This document shows positions 53,712 to 64,000 of a DNA stretch of 64,000 bases, piece after piece. The stretch covers positions 49,228,001 through 49,292,000 of the forward strand of contig OX597833.1 of the NCBI GenBank assembly GCA_951406725.2. Reading direction: 5' to 3'. The position numbers were made by a program, and so were the translations under genes. The first letter of the stretch is position 1. Each line of letters begins with the position of its first letter. The notes under the pieces are model-generated. The model worked only from the letters and a program-made list of their open reading frames with translations. It did not search any database and had not been told where the DNA came from. This DNA comes from Octopus vulgaris. Lineage: Eukaryota.

Positions 53712-53737
<26 letters not shown>

Positions 53738-53770
53738 ATATAAAAATCTTGCACAACAAATATATAAACG

Positions 53771-53819
<49 letters not shown>

Positions 53820-53832
53820 ATGTATACATGTA

Positions 53833-53883
<51 letters not shown>

Positions 53884-54916
53884 CATACATACATACATAC
53901 ATTTATGCATGCCTTTATACACATGATGTTCGGCAAAAGAGGCCGATAGAATAAGTACTAGGCTTACAAAGAATAAGTGATGGATGGGGTCGATTTGTTT
54001 GAGGGCAGACATTCTTCAAAAGCGACCGAATCTGTGGAATAAGAGTAATGATATGCAAGTAACATTTTATTAGTAAAATAAATAAAATGATTAGTTTTGC
54101 CGAGATGACCTCCTCCCCCGTCAATGCGAATCTTAATTTTGCCGATAATGGAAGTCACGTTTAGGTTCATCTCCGTCTGATAAGAACATTTGAAAGTGAG
54201 TCAGAGTGAGATAAAAAGAATGGAAGATCAAATTAGAGCTAATTAAAATCAGGTAAAAATCAGGTAAACAAAACCTCCCAATGTCACCATAATACAAAGA
54301 AGATAGGTGTGGTTATTTTTGCGTTACGAAATTAAAGAAATACGAGCGGGGTGGAGGGCTGAAAAGAAAATACGGGAGGATCAGTTAATTATGAATTTGT
54401 TTAACATAATTCCTCTCTCAGATTTACAGGTCGATATAAAGATCCTCACCCGGGAACAAAAAAAAACAAACAAAAAAAGAAAAAAAAACAGTATAGGCGC
54501 AGGAGTGGCTGTGTGGTAAGTAGCTTGCTAACCAACCACATGGTTCCGGGTTCAGTCCCACTGCGTGGCATCTTGGGCAAGTGTCTTCGACCAATGCCTT
54601 GTGAGTGGATTTGGTAGACGGAAACTGAAAGAAGCCTGTCGTATATATGTATATATATATGTATGTGTGTGTGTGTTTGTGTGTCTGTGTTTGTTCCCCT
54701 AGCATTGCTTGACAACCGATGCTGGTGTGTTTACGTCCCCGTCAATTAGCGGTTCGGCAAAAGAGACCGATAGAATAAGTACTGGGCTTACAAAGAATAA
54801 GTCCCGGGGTCGATTTGCTCGACTAAAGGCGGTGCTCCAGCACGGCCGCAGTCAAATGACTGAAACAAGTAAAAGAGAAAGAGAAAGAGAGTATGCGGGA
54901 GGTGTTAACAAGTATG

Positions 54917-55683
54917 TGGAAAACGAATATAAAAAAAAAAATTGCGCGCTGAAGACCCTGGGGGTAGGGTGGGGAGGGGAATTTCGTAAAATTCATAAGA
55001 TCCGATTTTTCCGTTATAACTTCCGGTAAAATGGATATATATATATTGATCTTTTATTTTTACGGAATCCCACGTTTTTTGGTTACGGAGGATCCGATTC
55101 TGTAAAAAAAAAAAAAAATTTTTTAAATCGCATTTTCAAAATTTCAATTACCACCCCACCTTTCTTCATTCCTCCCACCACCCCTCACTTCCCCTTCCCT
55201 CCACTCTCTTCCCACGTAGATTGGTGGAAAAAAATTCGAAAAAAGTTTTTTTAAAAAAAGTTTGAAAAAACAAAAAGCCCACTTTAATTTCACATGAATT
55301 ACTTTGTCATATTACTGCGGGAAATTACCCTGAAAGAAATCTTTGCAGAAAGGTGAGTAGATTGATTGCATTATGCTATCGCAGTTTTGTGAGATTTGGC
55401 TGTTATTTCTAGCATGTGGATAGCCTGCTTGAGGGCCTGAAGGAAAAGTGAAAAATAAGGAGAGGAGGTGGTAACTGAAATTTTGAAAATGCGATTTTTT
55501 GACATTGTTTTTTCAGAATCGGATTCTCCATAACAAAAAAAAACGCGAGATTCCTTAAAAAAGATCAATATATATCCATTTTACCGGAAGTTATGACAGA
55601 AAAATCGGGTCTTGTGAATTTCATGAAAGTCCCCTCCCCTCCAGGGTCGTCAGCGCACATTTTTTTTTTCATATTCGTTTTCC
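54917..55683. mobile_element. Fold-back/MITE with ~250-bp imperfect TIRs
   Basis: 54917-55165 versus 55455-55683 (ATAACTTCCGGTAAAATGGATATAT / ATATATCCATTTTACCGGAAGTTAT). Confidence 0.8.
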
Positions 55684-55872
55684 TAACGTTCCCTTTGGCT
55701 CAAACAGCTAAGATACAGGGACGTGAACAAACCAACACCGGTTGTCAAACAGTGGTGGTGGACAAACACAGACACAAACAGACACACACACACACACACA
55801 CACACATAACTCTCCCTCTGTCCCTCTGTTTCTCTCTCTCCCTTTGTCTCACTGTCTATCTGTCTCCACCCC

Positions 55873-55910
<38 letters not shown>

Positions 55911-55982
55911 GATTTTTGCCATGCTGGACCGGTGAAATCTACAAGTTTTTTTCATTCTCTCTCTGTATATTTTCTTTTATTC

Positions 55983-56019
55983 CTTTCTGCTGAAGAGCGT
56001 AGGCTCGAAACGTAAAAGA
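55983..56019 (+). ncRNA. Minimal hammerhead-like motif
   Basis: CTGAAGA-GCGTAGGCTC-GAAA-C-GTA-AAAG; palindromic ACGT stem III; imperfect stem I. Confidence 0.45.
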
Positions 56020-56293
56020 CTTTCATTTTCTCGAGCGTCAAACTAATACACTTGCTTGTTGTTCATACAACTGTCTTCGTCTTTTGTTTTTCTATAAATT
56101 TTAACTCACCCTCCCTCTCTTTCTCCCTCCCCTCCCTCTCTTTCTCTATTATATATATACTTATATCAAAATAATTGAGATTCAGGTGAATTAGGTACTT
56201 ATGTTGAAGCACTAAAAATCAGTGCGGTATTGTCCCTACAACTTCAATATAAAGTGAATAAAATCAAAATAAGCAACAGGATATCCAGAGGCG

Positions 56294-56381
56294 ATGCAGT
56301 ACGACTGTTTCAAGCGGCTCCATTTAATTGAGCAATGCAATCATTACATCAATTTAAATACAGGGCTATCATCAGCTGCAT
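56294..56381 (-). ncRNA. Type I hammerhead motif with long stem II insertion
   Basis: ATGCAG-CTGATGA-tAGC...(ATTTAAATTGA/TCAATTAAAT)...GCTt-GAAA-C agtc GTA-CTGCAT. Confidence 0.65.
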
Positions 56382-56601
56382 AAATAAATAAATAGAAATT
56401 TTTAATCAATCGGACACATTTGTATAATTTTACTTAAATGAGTAAGAAGACATATATATATATATATATATATATAATAAATATTAGGGAATAAATCCAA
56501 ATTTACAGGGAAAAAATCAGATTTAGGATTAAATCCAATTTTATAGTAAAATATTATATAATATTAATTCATAAATTAAAACAGATTAGGAGATCGTAAA
56601 T

Positions 56602-56644
56602 CCACCTGACGAATGTCATTGAAGACATGAAACGATTGTAGTGG
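56602..56644 (+). ncRNA. Type I hammerhead ribozyme, complete core
   Basis: CCAC-CTGACGA-ATGTC attgaa GACAT-GAAA-C gatt GTA-GTGG; predicted cleavage after 56640 (GUA). Confidence 0.8.
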
Positions 56645-56948
56645 CGGTTTATTTCTTTATATTAAAAATTTTTATGTATTGATTAAGTCTTTCCTTGTTT
56701 GTTTTGCAAAATAGTGGTTTGTCTCGAATTAATATTATATATATATATATATATATACCAAATCTACTCACAAGGCCTTGGTCGGCCCGAGGCAAGAGTA
56801 GAAGACACTTTCTCATGGTGATACGCGGTCGAACTGAACCCGGAAACAGATTTCTTACCACACAACCACGCATGCACCTATACTGCATATATTGTATGTT
56901 TATTAAGTGATACGCTCATCATTACTTCTGTGAGTGTGGTGAAGTGTA

Positions 56949-57325
56949 CACTTGCGTCAGAAATTAATTAGCACTTCTCAAATTTCTACATTAAATAGGT
57001 TAAATCAATTAACCTATGAGCTGTTCAAAACGTCTTACGCGATGAGAAAACTTAGTATGGTGTGATTTCGGTCCTTGCGAGGCGCTACCTATATCTATTA
57101 AACAAAGGAAGATTTGTCTGCATCCGCACTCCAAGTTGTTGCACTGCTATGTCAACATCATAAGGCTGTAGACTCTCAAACTGCTCTGCAAACAAAGTTA
57201 CGTCATCGTTCTGCGCAACAGTGAACTCGCAACAAAGCAATAGTTCGAGGTATGGCCACTAGGTGACAGCACATACCTTGAGTGAAGAGCAAATCAAGGG
57301 TGCTAATTAATTTCTGACGGTAGTG
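56949..57325. mobile_element. Tc1/mariner-type MITE with TA TSD
   Basis: TA|CACTTGCGTCAGAAATTAATTAGCAC ... GTGCTAATTAATTTCTGACGGTAGTG|TA. Confidence 0.85.
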
Positions 57326-58015
57326 TATGTGTAATAGGTGAAAAGGTGTAATAAAACCAAAACATGTCCAGAGTTGTCTCTTGTACTTGCCAGAGTAATT
57401 AAAATAACATGTCAGCGATTAATGATGTCTTTGCTTACCGCATAATCATTTATAATAGCGTTTTAATGTTCACTCTATTCATATATGGTTGCACTGACTT
57501 GACTGTTTGTAATGGCAGAACAGAGGATGCTATATGAAAATTATGTAAATTTCGAAGAATACTGATAAAAATTTCTTTGATGGTGTATGATTTTCTACAC
57601 CAAATTGGGAAAATGTTTCCTGTTTTGCTGTTTAATTGATGTTTTTGGAATAATGAATTGTGCTTTTAAAACGGGAAATCATGGGCCAAAAAAATCGAAC
57701 AAACTTTAAAAAAATGTAAATGCAAAGTAGTTTTTATTTCTCTTTGAAGCTAGTACATAAGCATCATCGTAATATTGGTTTCAAATTTTGGAACAAGGTC
57801 AGTGATTTCGAAAGAAGTTTAAGTCGATTATATCAACTTCGGTGCTCAACTGGTCCCCATTTATCGACCCCAAAAGGATGAAAGGCAAATTCGACCTCGG
57901 CGGAATTTGAACTCAGAACGTAAAGACGGACGAAATGCCGCTAAGCATTTTGCTCGGCGCGCTAACGATTCTGCCAACTTTCCGCTTTAAAAAAAAAAAA
58001 GAACAAAAGTCTAAA

Positions 58016-58089
58016 CGTTCCTGGTTGGGTTCGAACCTCTAACTTTTCGATCAACAGTCGAACGGGATAACCGGTGGAGCGGCAAAGAC
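58016..58089 (-). pseudogene. tRNA-Asn(GTT) pseudogene
   Basis: Colinear 74-nt match to 38846-38919; anticodon arm TTCGA-CTGTTGA-TCGAA pairs, D and T stems are broken. Confidence 0.85.
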
Positions 58090-58456
58090 AGCTGCCTGGT
58101 ATGCTATCATTAACATCGAATACCAAGGCAGCGAGTTGAAAGAATCGTTAGCATGCCGGACAAAATGCTCAGCGACATTTCGTCCGTCTTCACGTTCTGA
58201 GTTCAAGTTTCACCGAGGTCTACTTTGACTTTCATTCTTTCGGGGTCGGTGAAATAAATATCAGTTGATCACTGGGGTCGATGTAATCGACTTACTCCCT
58301 TCCTAAACCTGCTGGCCTTGTGCCAAAATTTGAAACCAATATCAACAATAAAGCCAACTGGCTGACTGGAACTAATTGTTTATAGAATCTATAACAGATT
58401 CCTCAACAAATCAAGGAATCTATGCTACTTTCGATGGAAATTTTATTTACTTATGT

Positions 58457-58542
<86 letters not shown>

Positions 58543-58685
58543 TAAATGAAAAGAATGGAGTTGAACGAAGATTTTAACAAAATTCCTTTACTTTCGACAT
58601 ATGTTTCGAAGACTGCATACTCTTAATTCCGTACTAGGATAATTCATTCATCTACTTATATATATATATATATATATACATACAA

Positions 58686-58787
<102 letters not shown>

Positions 58788-58995
58788 CAAGAGCAATATT
58801 TTCCTCTTCTAAACAAAGCAAAAAAGCACCCGGTTTATGTAAATGATCAACGAAACGCTCTGGTCTTACCATTTTGATCTTGATTTTGTCTTGAGTTCGA
58901 AAAACGAATGAAAGTGCTAATAAAGAATTATCCAAAATTCTGACCGCCTCCTTTTTCTCAATACACAATATCTGTAGACCACTTCAAACACTCTA

Positions 58996-59026
<31 letters not shown>

Positions 59027-59256
59027 ATGCGGCCTTTTAAAGGTTTCAATGGCGTATGTGCTCCTCAGCTGGACGGGACACCAGTCCATCGCAGCGTTAC
59101 TCGTTTTTGCCAGCTGAGTGAACTGGAGCAACGTGAAATGAAGTGTTTTGTTCAAGAACACAACGCGTCGCCCGGTCCAGGAATCGAAACCACAATCTTA
59201 CGATCATGATGCTGACACCCTAACCACTAAGCCACGCGCCTCCGTACATACATACA

Positions 59257-59292
<36 letters not shown>

Positions 59293-60501
59293 TTATTTTC
59301 ATAAAGTTTCCCGTTATATATATATATAAATGTGTGTGTGTGTGTGTGTGTTCGCACACACACTCACATGTGCGTGTGTGTTTTTGTGTTTTATCACGCT
59401 CACCTATCACCTGACAACCGTTGTTGGTTGATTTACGCCAGGTTAACTTTGCAGTTCGATGGAATAAGTACCAGAGGTCGATTTGCTTGATTAAAACTCT
59501 TCAACGCGGTGATGATCTGCTCCAGCATTGTCGTAGTCTAGTGACAGAAACAAGTAAACGATGGGTTTCTATACTGAGCAGGTCGAACTTTTACAGATGT
59601 ATGGATGAAGACTTGATTTTGAGAACTAGTGTTTCAGAGAAAATGTCTACAATAAAGTAGCTTTAATTCGATTGTGTATTTTATGGAGTGTTAAAGAAAG
59701 CCGTGCGTATCTTAAGTTGGCTTTTGTTTTGGTTAATATATATTTTAAAAGGAGAAACATGTGCTGTGTCAAGATAAAGGTCATCTGTAGGCTAAAATAT
59801 AAATATGGTGTTATCAAGAAAGAGAGATATTAACATTGTAAATTAAAAGGCCAACTATATAAAGGTTATAGTTTAAATTTTCTGGAAAAAACCCCAAAAG
59901 ATTAAAGAAAAATGGAATTTTTAGTTCTGCATAAATCGATTCTGTATATACTATTCTATTTCGTATTACTTTGTTAAATGGGTTTAAATACCGATGTGTA
60001 TATAATTAGTGTGTTTCCTTATACACTCTATGTGTGTATGTGTGTGTGTGTGTGTGTGTATGTTTTTGAGTGTATTTATCTATTTACACGAACTTTTGGA
60101 AGACATAAAGCTATTTGAAAAAATGTGATTGAATAGAGTGCGGGTTTCTCGTAGCTTTATGAAACAAATTATATGATACTAAGCATATAAGATGCTTTTT
60201 TTCCTCCCAAAATGTTTCATAATATCACTTCCGGTCCTATATGCAAAGTTGGGTGAATATTACATGATTTTATGCACTCTCTTTTACTCTTTTACTTGTT
60301 TCAGTCATTTGACTGCGGCCATGCTGGAGCACCGCCTTTAATCGAGCAACTCGACCCCGGGACTTATTCTTTTTTTATAAGCCCAGTACTTATTCTATCG
60401 GTCTCTTTTGCCGAACCGCTAAGTAACGGGGACGTAAACACACCAGCATTGGTTGTCAAGCAATGCTAGGGGGGACAAACGCAGACACACAAACACACAC
60501 A

Positions 60502-60553
<52 letters not shown>

Positions 60554-60878
60554 TACGACGGGCTTCTTTCAGTTTCCGTCTACCGAATCCACTCACAAGG
60601 CTTTGGTCGGCCCGAGGCTATAGTAGAAGACACTTACCCGGGACTGAACCCGGAACCATGTGGTTGGTAAACAAGCTACTTACCACACAGCCACTCCTGC
60701 GCACTAAAGATTTTTTCCCCAGAAAATACATTGCTGAAACAAAGATGTGTTTAGTGTCCGTGCCTCTTTCATGCAATTAGATATGGCTATTGCCAGTGTA
60801 AAGCTAACACACATACCCAACATATGTTTATATAAATATAAGTATATACACAAATCTACAAACATACGTATACACAAA

Positions 60879-62530
60879 CGAGGATGGGTTGAAAAGTTCA
60901 TAGGCTGACTATGAAGGAGTGATGCTAGAGCTGTGATATCTAGCACGCATTAATTTCAATTCTACTTATCAATTACTGCATTATTTCTTTCCAGGTAAAC
61001 TGACATCTGATTGTTCAAAGAAGACTTCAAATGTCACTATTGGAAATGGACAAAATTTGGCATCGTGGTGATATTATGTACCTGCAGAAAAAAGGGTTCA
61101 ACCCCCAATGACATTCATGCTTGCGTGGTTGCTATATATATATTTCTTTACTGCTCACAAGGGGCTAAACATAGAGGGGACAAACAAGGACAGACAAAGG
61201 GATTAAGTCGATTACATCGACCCCAGTGCGAAACTAGTACTTTATTTATCGACCCCGAAAGGATGAAAGGCAAAGTCGACCTCGGCGGAATTTGAACTCA
61301 GAACGTAACAACAGACGAAATACCGCTAAGCATTTCGCCCGGCGTACTAACGATTCTGCATGGTTGCTATATAAGAGCATGACACTCCAGCCTTATCATT
61401 AGAGCAAATATGGGAAGCTGAATTTACGGGAGAGTCTTAAAGATTTCCCAAGGTCTGGACATCCTGCAACAGCCACCACCGTGGAAAACATTGATCGTGT
61501 TCACCATTTGGTGATGGATGATAGGCGATTGACTAGAAATCGAATGACCAATGCTATTAGTATATTCAACGAGAGAGTTGAGAATATTCTGCATAATGAA
61601 ATTGGCCTGACGAAGGTTTCTTCTCAGTGGGTGCTATGTCATCTGGCCCCTGATCAAAAACGTACCAGGTTAATCACATCACAGCAGATCACGTCACTTT
61701 TCGAGGCAGATCCAGCTGGTTTGTTTGAACATTTCCTAAACTAGGACAAGTATTGGGTTTCACTTTGAGCCAGAGACAAAGATGTAACCTATGCAGTGAA
61801 AATATCCCTCCTCGCCTGCTCCAAAACATACCAAAGTTGTTTCATCTGCAAGGAAGGTGGTGGTCTCAGGTTTTTTGGGATGCAAAAGACATTGTGTTCA
61901 TTTACTATCTTCATAAAGGCAGCGCCATCAATGAATGGTAATATGCCTATTTGCTGAGGTATTTACAATAGGCTATCAAGACAAAACGCCCCGGAAAATT
62001 GACGAAAGGGGTTTTAATTCACCAGGACAACGCTCCAACACACAAGTCCTTGGTTTTAATGGCTGCTGTTCGTGTCTATAGCTTTGAACTGGTTGATCAG
62101 CCAGCCTCCTTATTGTCCTCATTTGACCCCATCTGACTATTATCTATTTCTTTACTACCCACAAGGGGCTGAACACAGAGAGGACAAACAAGGACAGACA
62201 AACGGATTAAGTCGATTATATCGACCCCAGTGCGTAACTGGTACTTAATTTATCGACCCCGAAAGGATGAAAGGCAAAGTCGACCTCGGCGGAATTTGAA
62301 CTCAGAATATCTGACTATCATCTGTTCCCCAAGATCACCTGGCTGGGAACCAGTATCGCAGAGATGATGACGTCGTATCTGCTGTTGTCTTTTTTTGACC
62401 AACAGGATGAATGCTTGTTCACCAATGGAATCCAAGCGCTGCAACACCGATGGAAGAAGTATGTGGGCTGCAAGGGGGGGGGGGGGGCTATGTTGAAAAA
62501 TAAGCTTCATGTGGTCACATTTCATGAACG
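60879..62530 (+). mobile_element. Degenerate mariner interrupted by two family-A SINEs
   Basis: ENIDRVHHLVMDDRRLT..KVSSQWV, VFWDAK, HQDNAPTH, DYHLFP; SINEs at ~61140-61360 (TSD TGGTTGCTATATA) and ~62146-62308 (TSD ATCTGACTAT). Confidence 0.9.
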
Positions 62531-63585
62531 TATAGGCGCAGGAGTGGCTGTGTGGTAAGTAGCTTGCTAACCAACCACATGATTCCGGGTTCAGTCCCAC
62601 TGCGTGGCATCTTGGGCAAGTGTCTTTTGATATAGCCTCGGGCCGACCAATGCCTTGTGAGTGGATTTGGTAGACGGAAACTGAAAGAAGCCTGTCGTAT
62701 ATATGTATATATATATATATATATGTATATGTATGTGTGTGTGTGTTTGTGTGTCTGTGTTTGCCCCCCCCCTCCTAGCATTGCTTGACAACCGATGCTG
62801 GTGTGTTTACGTCCCCCGTAACTTAGCGGTTCGACAAAAGAGAGAGCGATAGAATAAGTACTGGGCTTACAAAAAGAATAAGTCCCGGGGTCGATTTGCT
62901 CGACTAAAGGCGGTGCTCCAGCATGGCCGCAGTCAAATGACTGAAACAAGTGAAAAGAGAGTAAGAGTATCATGGTCAGCCAATGAACTTTTCAGCCGAT
63001 TCTCGTGGGACGCTCCGGACCGAGAATCGAACTTAGGCATTATGATCAGTTGCCTAACTACTAAACCACTCACCTTGTTTGTTTATTTGTTTGTTTGTTT
63101 GTTTACTCTTTTACTCTTTTACTTGTTTCAGTCATTTGACTGCGGCCATGCTGGAGCACCGCCTTTAGTCGAGCAAATCGACCCCCCAGGACTTATTCTT
63201 TGTAAGCCCAGTACTTATTCTATCGGTTTTTTTTTTTTGCCGAACCGCTAATTGACGGGGACGTAAACACACCAGCATCGGTTGTCAAGCAATGCTAGGG
63301 GGACAAACACAGACACACAAACACAGACACACATACATATATATATATATATACATATATACGACAGGCTTCTTTCAGTTTCCGTCTATCAAATCCACTC
63401 ACAAGACATTGGTCGGCCCGGGGCTATAGCAGAAGACACTTGCCCAAGATGCCACGCAGTGGGACTGAACCCGGAACCATGTGGTTGGTTAGCAAGCTAC
63501 TTACCACTTCTAACTTTATTATTTCTCTCTTTCGCTAAATCTGTCAATCTGTCTGTCTGTCGGTCTCTCTTTCTCTGTCTCTCTT

Positions 63586-63617
<32 letters not shown>

Positions 63618-63726
63618 GCACGCACACACATACACACACTCATAAATTCGAAACTCATTTTTTTTTCTTATCGTATGGTGTTGAAAGAACATTTTATGCA
63701 CATTACTTTTATTCGGTCAACCCCAG

Positions 63727-63805
63727 CTCCAGCACCACCACCAGCACCACCACCGCCAGCACCACCAACAGCACCACCACTACCACCACCAGCACCACCA
63801 GCACC

Positions 63806-63836
<31 letters not shown>

Positions 63837-64000
63837 CCACCACCACCACCACCACCACCACCACCACCAGCACCAGCACCACCACCACCAGCACCAGCAC
63901 CACCAGCACCAGCACCACCAGCACCACCAGCACCACCACCAGCACCAGCACCACCAGCACCAGCACCACCACCAGCACCACCACCAGCAGCATCACCACC
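63727..64000. repeat. (CCA/GCA)n compound trinucleotide repeat running off the window end
   Basis: Direct reading. Confidence 0.9.

Overview
AT-rich, repeat-dominated eukaryotic genomic DNA. The SINE families and microsatellite load look like a coleoid cephalopod, most likely Octopus (inferred from remembered repeat families, not from a search). Almost all ORFs in the supplied track are artefacts of microsatellites or SINEs. Supported content: three tRNA-derived SINE families in many copies; decayed mariner, Tc1, hAT, RTE, CR1/L2-like, R4/Dong-like and Penelope-like elements; non-autonomous Helitrons; several fold-back elements; one solo LTR; one intact tRNA-Asn(GTT) gene and one pseudogene copy; and a candidate small spliced gene on the + strand. 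Most notable: (1) several type I hammerhead ribozyme motifs, three with a complete core, in microsatellite-embedded and partly fold-back non-coding elements, in the same window as a Penelope-like RT relic; (2) a duplicated cassette in which tRNA-Asn sits between two head-to-head SINEs; (3) a solo LTR with an ~12-unit heat-shock-element array upstream of a TATA box; (4) an RTE insertion with a twin-priming-type 5' inversion. All alignments and folds were done by eye; edges of decayed elements are approximate.
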